Of a stretch of 64,000 bases of DNA, positions 38,895-49,029 are shown in pieces. How positions within the stretch are numbered: position 1 is the stretch's first letter; every line of letters begins with the position of its first letter. A program made the position numbers and the translations under genes. This DNA comes from Eledone cirrhosa (taxonomy: Eukaryota): positions 118,172,001 through 118,236,000 of the forward strand of contig OZ024744.1 of assembly GCA_964016885.1 (NCBI GenBank), in the 5' to 3' direction. The notes beneath the pieces are model-generated. The model was not told where the DNA came from and searched no databases. It saw only the letters and a program-made list of their open reading frames with translations.

Positions 38895-38937
38895 AGTCAT
38901 AGTTCTTTCGTCACACACTGTGACCTCTTCAGTGACT
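38895..38937 (-). ncRNA. Minimal type I hammerhead ribozyme in the PLE-3 3' region
   Basis: Minus strand reads AGTCA-CTGAAGA-g-GTCACA-gtg-TGTGAC-GAAA-GAAC-TA-TGACT: perfect 5-bp stem I, complete core, 6-bp stem II, minimal stem III, CUA cleavage triplet. Confidence 0.8.
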
Positions 38938-39137
38938 GGGGATTCCTTTCTTTGTTTCTGTGCCTCTCCTTTGTTCTGTCCTACGCCATTTTGTTTCTAT
39001 GTGTGTGTTGTGTGCTCAGTCTGCACATGCGCCACATCCGGGTGTCTGTGTGTGTTTATGTTCATTTATTTATTTGTTTATTTACATGTTACTGGTTGGT
39101 TGTTTGTTCTGTGTGTGTGTGTGTTTTCATTTTGTCC

Positions 39138-42100
39138 TTAATTGTAAGTTGTGATGTTGCTGTTCCACTCATATTTTCTATTTAATTTTGGTTGTAATTC
39201 TTTTATGTTTATTGCCTCTGTAATTTGTCTAAACATTGCGTCTTTTCTGTGTGTAGATTCTATTTTTATTTCTATGTTCTCTAATTTACCCTTGTGTTCT
39301 ATCTTAGCATGTTGGTACAGTACAGATGATTCTTTATTATCTTGAAGGTCTCGCCAGTGTTCATTTATCCGTTCCCCTACACTACGAGCTGTCTCACCTA
39401 TGTACACTATATTTTTGTCTCTACATTGTCCTTCAGTACATCTTATGCTATACACTACATTTCTAGTTTTACAGTTAATATGGGGGCTTATTTTACAGGT
39501 TATACATTTCTTGTCTATACATGAGGGTCTTTGAAAAGGGTATGTCTTGCTAATAAGTGTTTTTACGGAGGTACCTGGTCTTTCTACTATCTTAATATTG
39601 AGTTTATGTTTATTTAGGGCCCTTCTAAATTTGTAAGCTAATTTACCTCTAGGGGTTGTATCGATGAACATCACACTCTGGTATTTATTGCTATCATACC
39701 ATGAGTTTATTCTATTGGCCTTGTTCCTAGTTCTTTCTATTCTATTCCAAAATTTGCTCCTATACAAGGGGCAGGTCCCATTTATGTCATTATTTACCAT
39801 TTTTTCCCATTTGGTTCTTACTCCTCTATACACTCTGATTTTATCTCTCTGATTGTAGCCAGAGAACTGCATACGGTGGATGAAGTGTTGTATGTGTCTC
39901 TCTAGTTCTTCAGGGTTGCACATGCGGGACACATTTCTCATCACCCGTACCAAATCCGCAATCAGTATGTTGATTTTGGTATGGTCCGAAATGGCCGAGT
40001 TTCGGTGGATCAGATGTTTGGAAGTCATGGGTTTGGCATAATGGGAATGGAGGATTTGTTTTTTGTTGTTAATGGTATCTAACCAGAGCTCTATGTCTAG
40101 TACAGGTAATCGATGGTTGGGGTATTTACTTGGGTAGTCTATAGTAACTCTAATGCTCTGGTGGATGGAGTTTGCTATTTGTTGGATGCTTTCCATTGTG
40201 TTTTTCTCTAGTTCCTGACTGTTCTCTAGTGGGGGTGTCTTAACTACGATGTTTATATCATCTACGTAGCGGGAGTACATTATCAGGGTTAAGGGGTCTT
40301 CTAATTGTTCTTTAAGTTTAAGTCTACTGTCCCACCATACCATGAATAAGTTAGCTATGTCGCCTGCAATGCTAACACCAATGGCTGCTCCTTACTCTTG
40401 GGCATATGTTTTTCCATTAAATTTGAACATATGTTCCTTAAGGGTTAGTTTTATGCTGGCCCCTACCGCATGTGCAATCATTTTCTTCAGTTCATCGTGG
40501 TTTTCGGGTGTCCGTATGGCTCTGGTCCACCCGTTCCATCTATCTGTGTGGGTTTTCTTGGCCATTGAGGTAATGGTAGGTGGTCTGCCTCTTGCTGGTC
40601 TTGTAGGGCACAGGTTGCTAAGGTCATATGTGTCTAGGTAACTATTACTATAGGTAACCTTAAGTAGGAGTCCCAGCTCACTGGTATCAATCCCACGGAA
40701 CTCAACCTTGCTCTCGCTGATCATTTCTACGCATTTCTCCACAGCAAAATCCACGTCAATAGATGGATACAGGGACACAACATCCATACTACCTATTATG
40801 CAATTTGTTAGGTCCCCAGATCGGTTACTCACGCCGATTCTGCTGAGGAGGTCCTCCGTGCTGTCACATACATCTGGGGACATTTCAATGATGGGGCGTA
40901 TGATCAGGGAGAGGAAGTAGGACAGTCTGTAGTTACTAGCAATGTTAGCTCCACAGACTGGCCGTGTTGGTGGTCCCGCGACAGGGTCACAGCCCGTTTT
41001 ATGGTCTTTTCGAAGCCCATACAACGCCGGCACGTCATTGTTCCAGGCCTGGAAGTTGTTGGCAGTCTTTTTGTTGGGCTGCATTATATTCGTCCACATC
41101 ACCATATGGGCATTGGGGGATTTTTCTCTATCCTCATGCTCCTGTGGTGTTACCTCTCTTGTGTTAGTGATGTGGGGTTGCATTGCCTGGATGTAGTTTG
41201 GCAGGCTGTCAACCGACATTCTGCCAGACTTGTCTGTTGGAAAGCATGCTATCTCTCCATTACGTGAGCGCTACATGAGCTTACGCAAGCCATTTGCAGA
41301 TTTTTCTCCCAGTTGCTGGGCCTCTATTCTATTATGCTTCTTGCTATACTGTTCTATAATATTTCTAAGTTCGGATCTAGCTATACTAAATTGTGCTTCT
41401 GTTTGTTCATCGACCTGCGACGGCAATTGCGTGCGTTTGTTAAATGGTAAAGTCGTGGCGTGGACTCGTCGCAGGTCGAATGATTTATCGGAGGGATTAT
41501 AAAACGCAGAGTTCCAGGCTGCTGCTTTATGTGTACTAGTGCTATTGTTATTATTAGTTGTGTTGTTTCTATTTCTATTTCCACCAACAGCCTCATGGTT
41601 GTTTGTATGTCTCTCATAATTACTCCTGTCTCTTTCCACTGGCTCAATGTTGTTATCTACCCTATTTTCTGTGTCTGTGTGTTCGTCTTGGTTATTCTCT
41701 TTGTCCTTAGTCTCCCATCTCCTTTTCCTTTTAATCCTATTACTTTCTCTTATTTCTCTGATTTCTGTGCTACTGTCATTACTTGTTTTCTGTGTCTGTG
41801 TGTTTGTTAAGATTGTGGTGTGGTGAGAGGCATTGAATGCGTGTGTGTTGTTGTTGTTGATGTGTGCTGTTGTTGTCTCCGTGTGTGTTATTGTTGTTGT
41901 GTGTGTTGTTATTGTTGTTTGTGTCTGCGTGTCTGTTGTTGTTTCTGGGTATGTTGTTATTGTTGTTGATGTGTGTGTTGTTGTTATTGTTGTTTGTGTC
42001 TGTGTGTCTGTTGTTGTTGGGATGTGTGTTGTATATGTGTGTGCGTATATTGTTGCTTTTGTTTTTGTTTTTGAGGCTCCAGCGTAGTTTTGTAAATGAT

Positions 42101-42163
42101 TTTTCTATTTCTGACAGACAACTAATCATATTTACCTTCTTGAATGTCGCAAATTTATATGTC

Positions 42164-42165
<2 letters not shown>
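39138..42165 (-). pseudogene. PLE-3 RT + GIY-YIG ORF interrupted by two in-frame stops and an N-terminal frameshift
   Basis: FTKLRW, TDKSG (DKG motif), PTRPVCG, GSMDVVSLYPSID, QE*GAAIGVSIAGDIANLFM, YSRYVDD, LPVLD, CIDKKCITC linker, NVVYSIRC...YIGETARS..ERINEH, H..IEH. Stops TAG at 41271-41273 and TAA at 40392-40394 are in the same frame as the flanking ORFs. Confidence 0.9.
41790..42070. repeat. (GTT)/(GT)-rich low-complexity tract encoding the Asn/His/Thr-rich segment of the PLE-3 N-terminus
   Basis: Direct inspection of the sequence. Confidence 0.8.
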
Positions 42166-42206
<41 letters not shown>

Positions 42207-42234
42207 ATCAAAAGATGGTTAAAGGAGTTCCATG

Positions 42235-42305
42235 TATTTTATTATGCCCATTTCAAAAACAAACATCATCATGCAATAATATTTGTGTTTTCATCAGATA
42301 AAACA
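42235..42305 (-). ncRNA. Type I hammerhead ribozyme, PLE-2 left pseudo-LTR copy (stem III loop GGGC)
   Basis: Minus strand reads TGTTTTAT-CTGATGA-(long stem II)-GAAA-TGGGCA-TA-ATAAAATA. Confidence 0.8.
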
Positions 42306-43108
42306 GGAGAACATGATATGAAGGCTAAAAAACACTTGTGGATAGTGCAGTTTTAAATCAACATATGGAAAGTGGTTTTAGATTGATGTGTGATATTGGG
42401 AAAAATATTTTATTTAGAGAGGGGGGTGGAGGGTGGAAAGGATGAAAAAGGGGAGGAGATGAGAGGGAGAGATGGGTGATAGAGAGAAAGAGATAGTTTT
42501 TATAACTGAGAAAAAGATATATTGTTTTACATAGAGAGGTTGAGAACCGTTGGAAGATAATGTATAAATTAAAGGAATTTGAAAATTAACGAAGGGAATT
42601 TATGTATGAAGATAGAGAGAAAAAATAATAATTGTGGATGAATATTCTAACGTCAAAAAAAGTGTATGTTGATAAGTATTGTGGCAATTTCAAAATTGAC
42701 GAAGAGAAAAATTATTAAGGTTTGTGTGTAGAAGGATTTGAGAAAAATAATGTGAAGTTAAAGTTTGTATATTGAAGGAATTGATAATATATGCGAATAA
42801 AGAGTTAATATGTATTAAGAATGAGTTCGTTGATGGGGAGAAAAAAATAATAAATTAAGGATGAAATTGAGATTAAAAAGTTTTATGATAGAGAGAAAAA
42901 ATAATAATGATTGCGGATGAATATTCTAACGTCAAAAAAACAAATGTATATGTTATGAAGGATTTTACAAGGTGAAGATAGAAAGAGGGTAATGAGTAAA
43001 CAAGTATTATAGAGTGTCTAATGCCCTTTAAAGTAAGGTAGGAAGATGGGTATATTTTAAAGAGGTGTATGTATGAGAAAAGATTCTAAATTGATAAAGA
43101 ATTGAATA

Positions 43109-44989
43109 TTAACTGTATACTTTGTGAAAAGTCCTATGGAATTTATGCAGGCAGATAGAAAACAAATCTGTACGTCTATTTATTATAGAATCTAGGTTAG
43201 AGATAATGGTAAATTTTTCATTTAGGCAGAGATTACAGATTTTAGATAGAGAGCTGTTCAAGTATAAGGATGCAGAAGAAACCTTCTTCCAAAAGATGGT
43301 ATATTTAATGTTTTTGTCTTTCAAGGACCATATGAGTTCTGAGAGAGCCGTGTTGGTTCTTTTAAGTTTGTATTTGAAAGATGAATGATGATTATAGAGA
43401 CGAGCTTTAAAAGAGGTGGAAGTGGAGCCAAAATAGGTGAAGGAATTGGTGCTAGTTATAATTTTACATTCATAAATTAAGTTTTTATCGAGACAATGGT
43501 TGTTGAGAGGACATTTATTTTTAATGCGGCAGTTGCAATTAGAGAGATTATTAATGAGTGACCTAGTGTTATCTATAGAAGGAATTGGATTGGAGAAGTT
43601 GTTTGCGATAGGAATAATAGGAATAATAGTTTCTTGATTTAGAGTTGGATTATGAACATTTAGCGAAGTTGTGTTTGACGTATTTGGGTTTACAGAAGTT
43701 AGCCTAGGGTTTACAATGACGTCGGGAGTACTATTACTGTTATTATGAAATTCAATGTTGGAAGGAAGAGATTTAGTATTTAGTATTTTATTGTTGTGTT
43801 TAGAGATGATGTTGGAAATATTGGAGGATGTAGAATAAGAAAATTTGATGGTGCGTTTGTTAAATATTTTACTATAGATATGTGAGGGAGGGAAGCATTT
43901 ATTTAAGGCACTAAAAAATAATTTAGGAATATTGTTATTAATAGAGATGGAGAAAGGAGCATTATACCAGATTATGTTTTTGTATCTAGGTCTTTTATTA
44001 AAATTATTGGAATGATCATGATTAATTATTCTACTGTAAGTTTTTCTAGAATTTGTTTCTTTACTATATTTGATTTTATCTGGATAGCCGGCTTTAGAAA
44101 GTGCGTTATTATAGTAATTGGCGTTAGCATCAAAGATGTTTTTATTAGAAGATATGTTAGATATTCTTTTTCCAATATTACTAACTATAGCATTCTTGAT
44201 ATTGGTAGGATGGTTAGATTTAAAGTTAACATAATTTAGGTTCTCATTGTTTTTATGGTAAGGGTAATATAGGCCAGTGTCAAGATTAAGAGATACATCC
44301 AAGAAATTAGCTAGTTTGATACTATTATCAAATTCAATTTTTAGGTTATGTTGGTTAAAGAGATTACGTATATTGTTCTTAATAATATTAAGGTTAACTA
44401 TATTGCAATTTAGGATAGTAAAGAGTCCATCGTCACGATAAATTCCACCGCGAAGTTGAGGAATTTTCCGACTCAAAGAGTTCAAAATGAAGATACCAAT
44501 TAAATCAGTCAATTGGGATGAATCGGATGCTCCCATTGTGATGTCGAAGTTGTTAGAGGTATCGGCTCTGGTCCAATATTCGTTGTTGAACTCTAGGATG
44601 GTTTTACGTGCGGTGAGGATGATGTGAAGTTCATCTGTGGTGATGTCAGAATATTTAAGTGCGAAAGATAGAGCATTATTGAGAAGTGAAGGCGAAATGG
44701 AGGAATAGTAGCTGGCAATATCAAATTGAATAAATTTTAGTTTGTTTTTATTATCCAATTTGTTGAACCAGCCAATCACTTCAGAAGTACCAAACCATAA
44801 ATTTAGGTTCAAAGAAGAGCAATTAGAACTAACCTGTGGGATAATTCTATCCAAGATGGCTTTACTAACAACCCCCAGATCAGATTTAGAGGGGGCGATT
44901 AATCTAACAGGTAGTTCAGTGCGAAAATTGTTTTTGTGATCCTTGAGATTTATCCTCGGAGTTCTTGGGAGGAATGGTTCGGTCTTTTT
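43109..44989 (-). CDS. PLE-2 reverse transcriptase + GIY-YIG endonuclease; open frame, 5'-truncated at the inversion junction
   Basis: The frame stays open upstream of the listed start (KKTEPFLPRTPRINLKDHKNNF...). Motifs IQFDIASYY, FDITMG, GGIYRDDGL, NFLDV.L, SNHP, CNCRIKNKCPLNNHC, NLIYEC...YFGST, CNLCLNEK...CLHK. No internal stops. Confidence 0.9.
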   Translation of the reverse strand, partial: KKTEPFLPRTPRINLKDHKNNFRTELPVRLIAPSKSDLGVVSKAILDRIIPQVSSNCSSLNLNLWFGTSEVIGWFNKLDNKNKLKFIQFDIASYYSSISPSLLNNALSFALKYSDITTDELHIILTARKTILEFNNEYWTRADTSNNFDITMGASDSSQLTDLIGIFILNSLSRKIPQLRGGIYRDDGLFTILNCNIVNLNIIKNNIRNLFNQHNLKIEFDNSIKLANFLDVSLNLDTGLYYPYHKNNENLNYVNFKSNHPTNIKNAIVSNIGKRISNISSNKNIFDANANYYNNALSKAGYPDKIKYSKETNSRKTYSRIINHDHSNNFNKRPRYKNIIWYNAPFSISINNNIPKLFFSALNKCFPPSHIYSKIFNKRTIKFSYSTSSNISNIISKHNNKILNTKSLPSNIEFHNNSNSTPDVIVNPRLTSVNPNTSNTTSLNVHNPTLNQETIIPIIPIANNFSNPIPSIDNTRSLINNLSNCNCRIKNKCPLNNHCLDKNLIYECKIITSTNSFTYFGSTSTSFKARLYNHHSSFKYKLKRTNTALSELIWSLKDKNIKYTIFWKKVSSASLYLNSSLSKICNLCLNEKFTIISNLDSIINRRTDLFSICLHKFHRTFHKVYS

Positions 44990-46205
44990 AAAAACATTAA
45001 ATATACCATCTTTTGGAAGAAGGTTTCTTCTGCATCCTCATACTTGAACAGCTCTCTATCTAAAATCTGTAATCTCTGCCTAAATGAAAAATTTACCATT
45101 ATCTCTAACCTAGATTCTATAATAAATAGACGTACAGATTTGTTTTCTATCTGCCTGCATAAATTCCATAGGACTTTTCACAAAGTATACAGTTAATATT
45201 CAATTCTTTATCAATTTAGAATCTTTTCTCATACATACACCTCTTTAAAATATACCCATCTTCCTACCTTACTTTAAAGGGCATTAGACACTCTATAATA
45301 CTTGTTTATTCATTACCCTCTTTCTATCTTCACCTTGTAAAATCCTTCATAACATATACATTTGTTTTTTTGACGTTAGAATATTCATCCGCAATCATTA
45401 TTATTTTTTCTCTCTATCATAAAACTTTTTAATCTCAATTTCATCCTTAATTTATTATTTTTTTTCTCCCCATCAACGAACTCATTCTTAATACATATTA
45501 ACTCTTTATTCGCATATATTATCAATTCCTTCAATATACAAACTTTAACTTCACATTATTTTTCTCAAATCCTTCTACACACAAACCTTAATAATTTTTC
45601 TCTTCGTCAATTTTGAAATTGCCACAATACTTATCAACATACACTTTTTTTGACGTTAGAATATTCATCCACAATTATTATTTTTTCTCTCTATCTTCAT
45701 ACATAAATTCCCTTCGTTAATTTTCAAATTCCTTTAATTTATACATTATCTTCCAACGGTTCTCAACCTCTCTATGTAAAACAATATATCTTTTTCTCAG
45801 TTATAAAAACTATCTCTTTCTCTCTATCACCCATCTCTCCCTCTCCACCTTCACTCTCATCTCCTCCCCCTTTTTTCATCCCCCCCCTCCCTAAATAAAA
45901 TATTTTTTCCTCGCACATATCCTCCCTTCGTTAATTTTCAAATTCTTTTAATTTATACATTATCTTCCAACGGTTCTCAACCTCTCTATGTAAAACAATA
46001 TATCTCCTCTCAGTTATAAAAACTATCTCTTTCTCTCTATCACCCATCTCTCCCTCTCATCTCCTCCCCTTTTTCATCCTTTCCACCCACCCCTCTCTAA
46101 ATAAAATATTTTTCCCAATATCACACATCAATCTAAAACCACTTTTCATATGTTGATTTAAAACTGCACTATCCACAAGTGTTTTTTAGCCTTCATATCA
46201 TGTCC

Positions 46206-46276
46206 TGTTTTATCTGATGAAAACACAAATATTATTGCATGATGATGTTTGTTTTTGAAATGCGCATAATAAAATA
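46206..46276 (+). ncRNA. Type I hammerhead ribozyme, PLE-2 right pseudo-LTR copy (palindromic stem III ATGCGCAT)
   Basis: TGTTTTAT (46206-13), CTGATGA (46214-20), long A/U-rich stem II (46221-56), GAAA (46257-60), TGCGCA-TA (46261-68), ATAAAATA (46269-76). 8-bp stem I; predicted cleavage after 46268 (AUA). Confidence 0.85.
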
Positions 46277-46400
46277 CATGGAACTCCTTTAACCATCTTT
46301 TGATCTTATATTATGTATACTCCAGTCCTACAAACTGTAGAGTGCTTCTTATCCGATATCTGCATTGCTTTATTGTACTACAATAAAACTCACCTCCTAC

Positions 46401-46402
<2 letters not shown>

Positions 46403-46449
<47 letters not shown>
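46403..46449. repeat. (TA)n microsatellite
   Basis: Direct inspection; similar runs at ~31160, 31275-31327, 38692, 42168, 47890, 49987 and 56484. Confidence 0.95.
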
Positions 46450-46451
<2 letters not shown>

Positions 46452-47044
46452 GTTAGAACACGAAAAGTGTGAAACACAGAATGTTCACTTTTCGTGTTCT
46501 AACATATATGCCTAGCTTCTTTAAAAATTTTTCGGGGGTAGCCGTGGTGGTGGTGATCGTATGTCATTGGCTAATTTTCAACCAATCAGAGTACCTCTCT
46601 CTATATCTCTTCCACTGTTACTTACGCCTGTTTCTCTCTATCTGTTCCGTCTCTATATATATCTCTTACTCTTTCGCTTTGCACTCCTCCCCTTCAATAC
46701 CATCTCTCCCCCTCTCTATATATTTGTTACTCTATCGCTGCACGCTCCTCTCCTTCAATATATCAATTACACACGCTTTACACTCCTTTATCCCCAGCGC
46801 CCCTATATATACACCCCCCTCTCCCGCATCTATATTTTAATGTACCGTTGCACCGTGAATATATGTGTCTATATATATATACATATATATTGTATATACA
46901 CATTCATGTATGTGTATACACATTCATGTATGTATATACACTGGTTTTATGTGTGTATTGTAAATTTGTACTGTTAAAACACGAAACTAACATTCGATTG
47001 ACACTTTGATTACCTGTACAGGCAATAGTTATTAGAATGCTGTT

Positions 47045-47080
47045 GAGGTGTGTATATATTTTTGGGGGACATCCTGTATA
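47045..47080 (-). mobile_element. Possible Tc1/mariner-type terminal inverted repeat remnant
   Basis: Minus strand reads TA-CAGGATGTCCCCCAAAAATATATACAC, resembling TA|CAGGGTGTCCC mariner-type termini. No partner end identified. Confidence 0.35.
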
Positions 47081-47434
47081 TACACACATTATATATAATA
47101 CAATAAACAGATAAATACACACATATATATATGAGCTTATTTAATTATAAATATTGTGAATTTTTAACTCAGTTCAATTATATATATAAATGGCTTCTAC
47201 AGGACTAGAACTGTTTCATTCAAAAGAAATCATCATAATATTGAGAGGAGGGACTAGATAAAATATTTCAAATCAAATGTGTATAAGTTATAAGTTAAAA
47301 TGTATAAATAGAGACGATAGTGGAGGTATATCTGTTTAGTGGAACAGTAGACGATAGAATTAAATACAGACGATAATCTCCCTTTAATGAAACAGCAGAC
47401 GATAGAATTAAGGCAATTTAAATTTTAAGCATTT

Positions 47435-47530
47435 GCATTTTTGCCTTTCATCGTTACGGGGTCGATAAAATAAAGTACCAGTAATACACTGTCACTAGAC
47501 GACTTTCAAATTGAATTGTTGGTTCCATTT
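47435..47530 (+). mobile_element. SINE central-domain fragment
   Basis: TTTGCCTTTCATCG..GGGGTCGATAAAATAAAGTACCAGT is shared with the copy at 48300-48480. Confidence 0.6.
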
Positions 47531-47847
47531 CTTTAGTATTTTCAATTGTAGTTATCTACTTAAAAAGCGTTACACGGTTAGAGACATAATTCGTAAGTTA
47601 TATCTTCCCTATTAAACCATTGCATTATTTCGCCTACAATAGAACAAAAATGAAATGTTCTTTAAAGAAACAGGAATATAACTTTATAAAAAAAAAAGTT
47701 GCATCCGCTTCTTTTATCATTGATAATTTTTTCGTTTTAATATTAATTGTTTTTTGTAGTTGTTTATATAAAAAATCTTACTGTAATATTTACTTAAACG
47801 AAGGCAAACATCTAAACTTATAGATTAATCTTGAGCGAAGGACTAGA

Positions 47848-47852
<5 letters not shown>

Positions 47853-47914
<62 letters not shown>
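47853..47914. repeat. (CT)n(AT)n compound microsatellite
   Basis: Direct inspection of the sequence. Confidence 0.95.
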
Positions 47915-47915
<1 letters not shown>

Positions 47916-48299
47916 AACGAAGAATGATAAAATTTCAAGCAAAGAGTTTAATTAGGTATATTTTGTAATATTATTAACTAATTATTATAATTAACGCGCA
48001 TATTTTGCTATCCTCAAACACGTTTACACATGGCATGAAATATAACTAATCCGAGATGGCTAGGTTTCATCTTCTAACTGGATAAACGAAATCCATTATG
48101 TCTTGACAACAACATGAGGTAACATTATGTTATTCACAGACACACTTTGTACACTGTTCCATATCAGAATGTATTTCCTTCGTCACATTCACAAACAGTA
48201 TTGAAAATATGTTCTTCGGCAAATAAAAATGTTTTGTTCATAATATTTCAACTAGCGATTGCTCTACTTCACGCACGACCACCATAAATTAATGACCAG

Positions 48300-48480
48300 C
48301 TCAACACAAGTATTGGTAGAGCGTCAGACACCATGCTTTGCAGTATTGTTATGGTCCTTTGCATTCTAAGTTCAAATCCTGCCGAGGTTAACTTCGACTT
48401 TCATACTTACTAATTCGATAAAATAAAGTACCAGTAATGGACTGCCGTAATGGATTTGTGCCGAAAAATAGAAACACTAT
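48300..48480 (+). mobile_element. tRNA-derived SINE, degenerate
   Basis: A-box-like TGGTAGAGCG, B-box GTTCAAATCC (48370-48379), then TCGATAAAATAAAGTACCAGT. Confidence 0.65.
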
Positions 48481-49029
48481 TAATGTGCAATAAGAGCAAA
48501 ATATAACGACATTGCTCAATTATTTTATCTAATGTAATAACACAAGGAAATGTTGTTTGTGTATTTTTTTTTATATTTGCTCATAGGCTTTTACAATTTC
48601 GCTCAGCCAACAACTATTAAAAAGTGAGTTGCTTAAGATAACAATTTAATCACAAATTGTTGCTATCTTTTAATACACTCCAACAAGTCATCAAATTATG
48701 TACAATAAAAACAAATCTTATTAATTTGCTCAGGGAATATAAAGAAAATGTATATACACTGATAATTGCAAATGTATGTAAATATTTTGTTTTTGTATTG
48801 TATATTTTATGTTTTCTATTATGTATAATATATTGATTTAATATTGATTGTTTTTTGTAGTTGTTTATATTAAAAGTCTGAAAATATTTTTATACATCTT
48901 ACACTAATATTTATAAGATAATTTATAATAACAATTACATAATCTAATTACATTACAACGATAATTTATTATTAATATATATCCTGTTTAACTAGAGTTA
49001 TTACAAGCGTTGCCGTAAAAAAATATTAA

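Larger units (their letters stand above)
38850..42167 (-). mobile_element. Penelope-like retroelement PLE-3 (Neptune-like), 5' end abutting (TA)n
   Basis: PLE-type ORF plus a 3' region containing a hammerhead motif; bounded by (TA)n at 42168-42203. The left boundary is approximate. Confidence 0.85.
42201..46404 (-). mobile_element. Penelope-like retroelement PLE-2 (likely Hydra-type), 5'-truncated, with an inverted pseudo-LTR
   Basis: Arm 42201-43315 is the near-perfect reverse complement of 44990-46310. The right arm also has a ~200-bp internal duplication and a ~95-bp extension. Both outer ends lie in (TA)n runs. Confidence 0.93.

Noticed and set aside
40392-41273. Stop-codon recoding or selenocysteine in PLE-3
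   Set aside because: The stops are TAA and TAG, not TGA, and are explained by single substitutions (for example from Lys codons); the ORF also has a frameshift.
41833-42169. Hydrophobic Val/Leu/Cys-rich membrane-protein ORFs (also at 33837-34261, 38863-39185, 46469-46977, 56479-56792)
   Set aside because: They are translations of GT/GTT/CT low-complexity tracts or AT-rich UTR sequence.
44936-45196. Separate 86-aa plus-strand gene
   Set aside because: It is the inverted duplicate of the PLE-2 C-terminus.
48310-48390. tRNA gene
   Set aside because: A/B-box-like motifs are present but no cloverleaf can be drawn, and it continues into a SINE body shared with 47435-47530.
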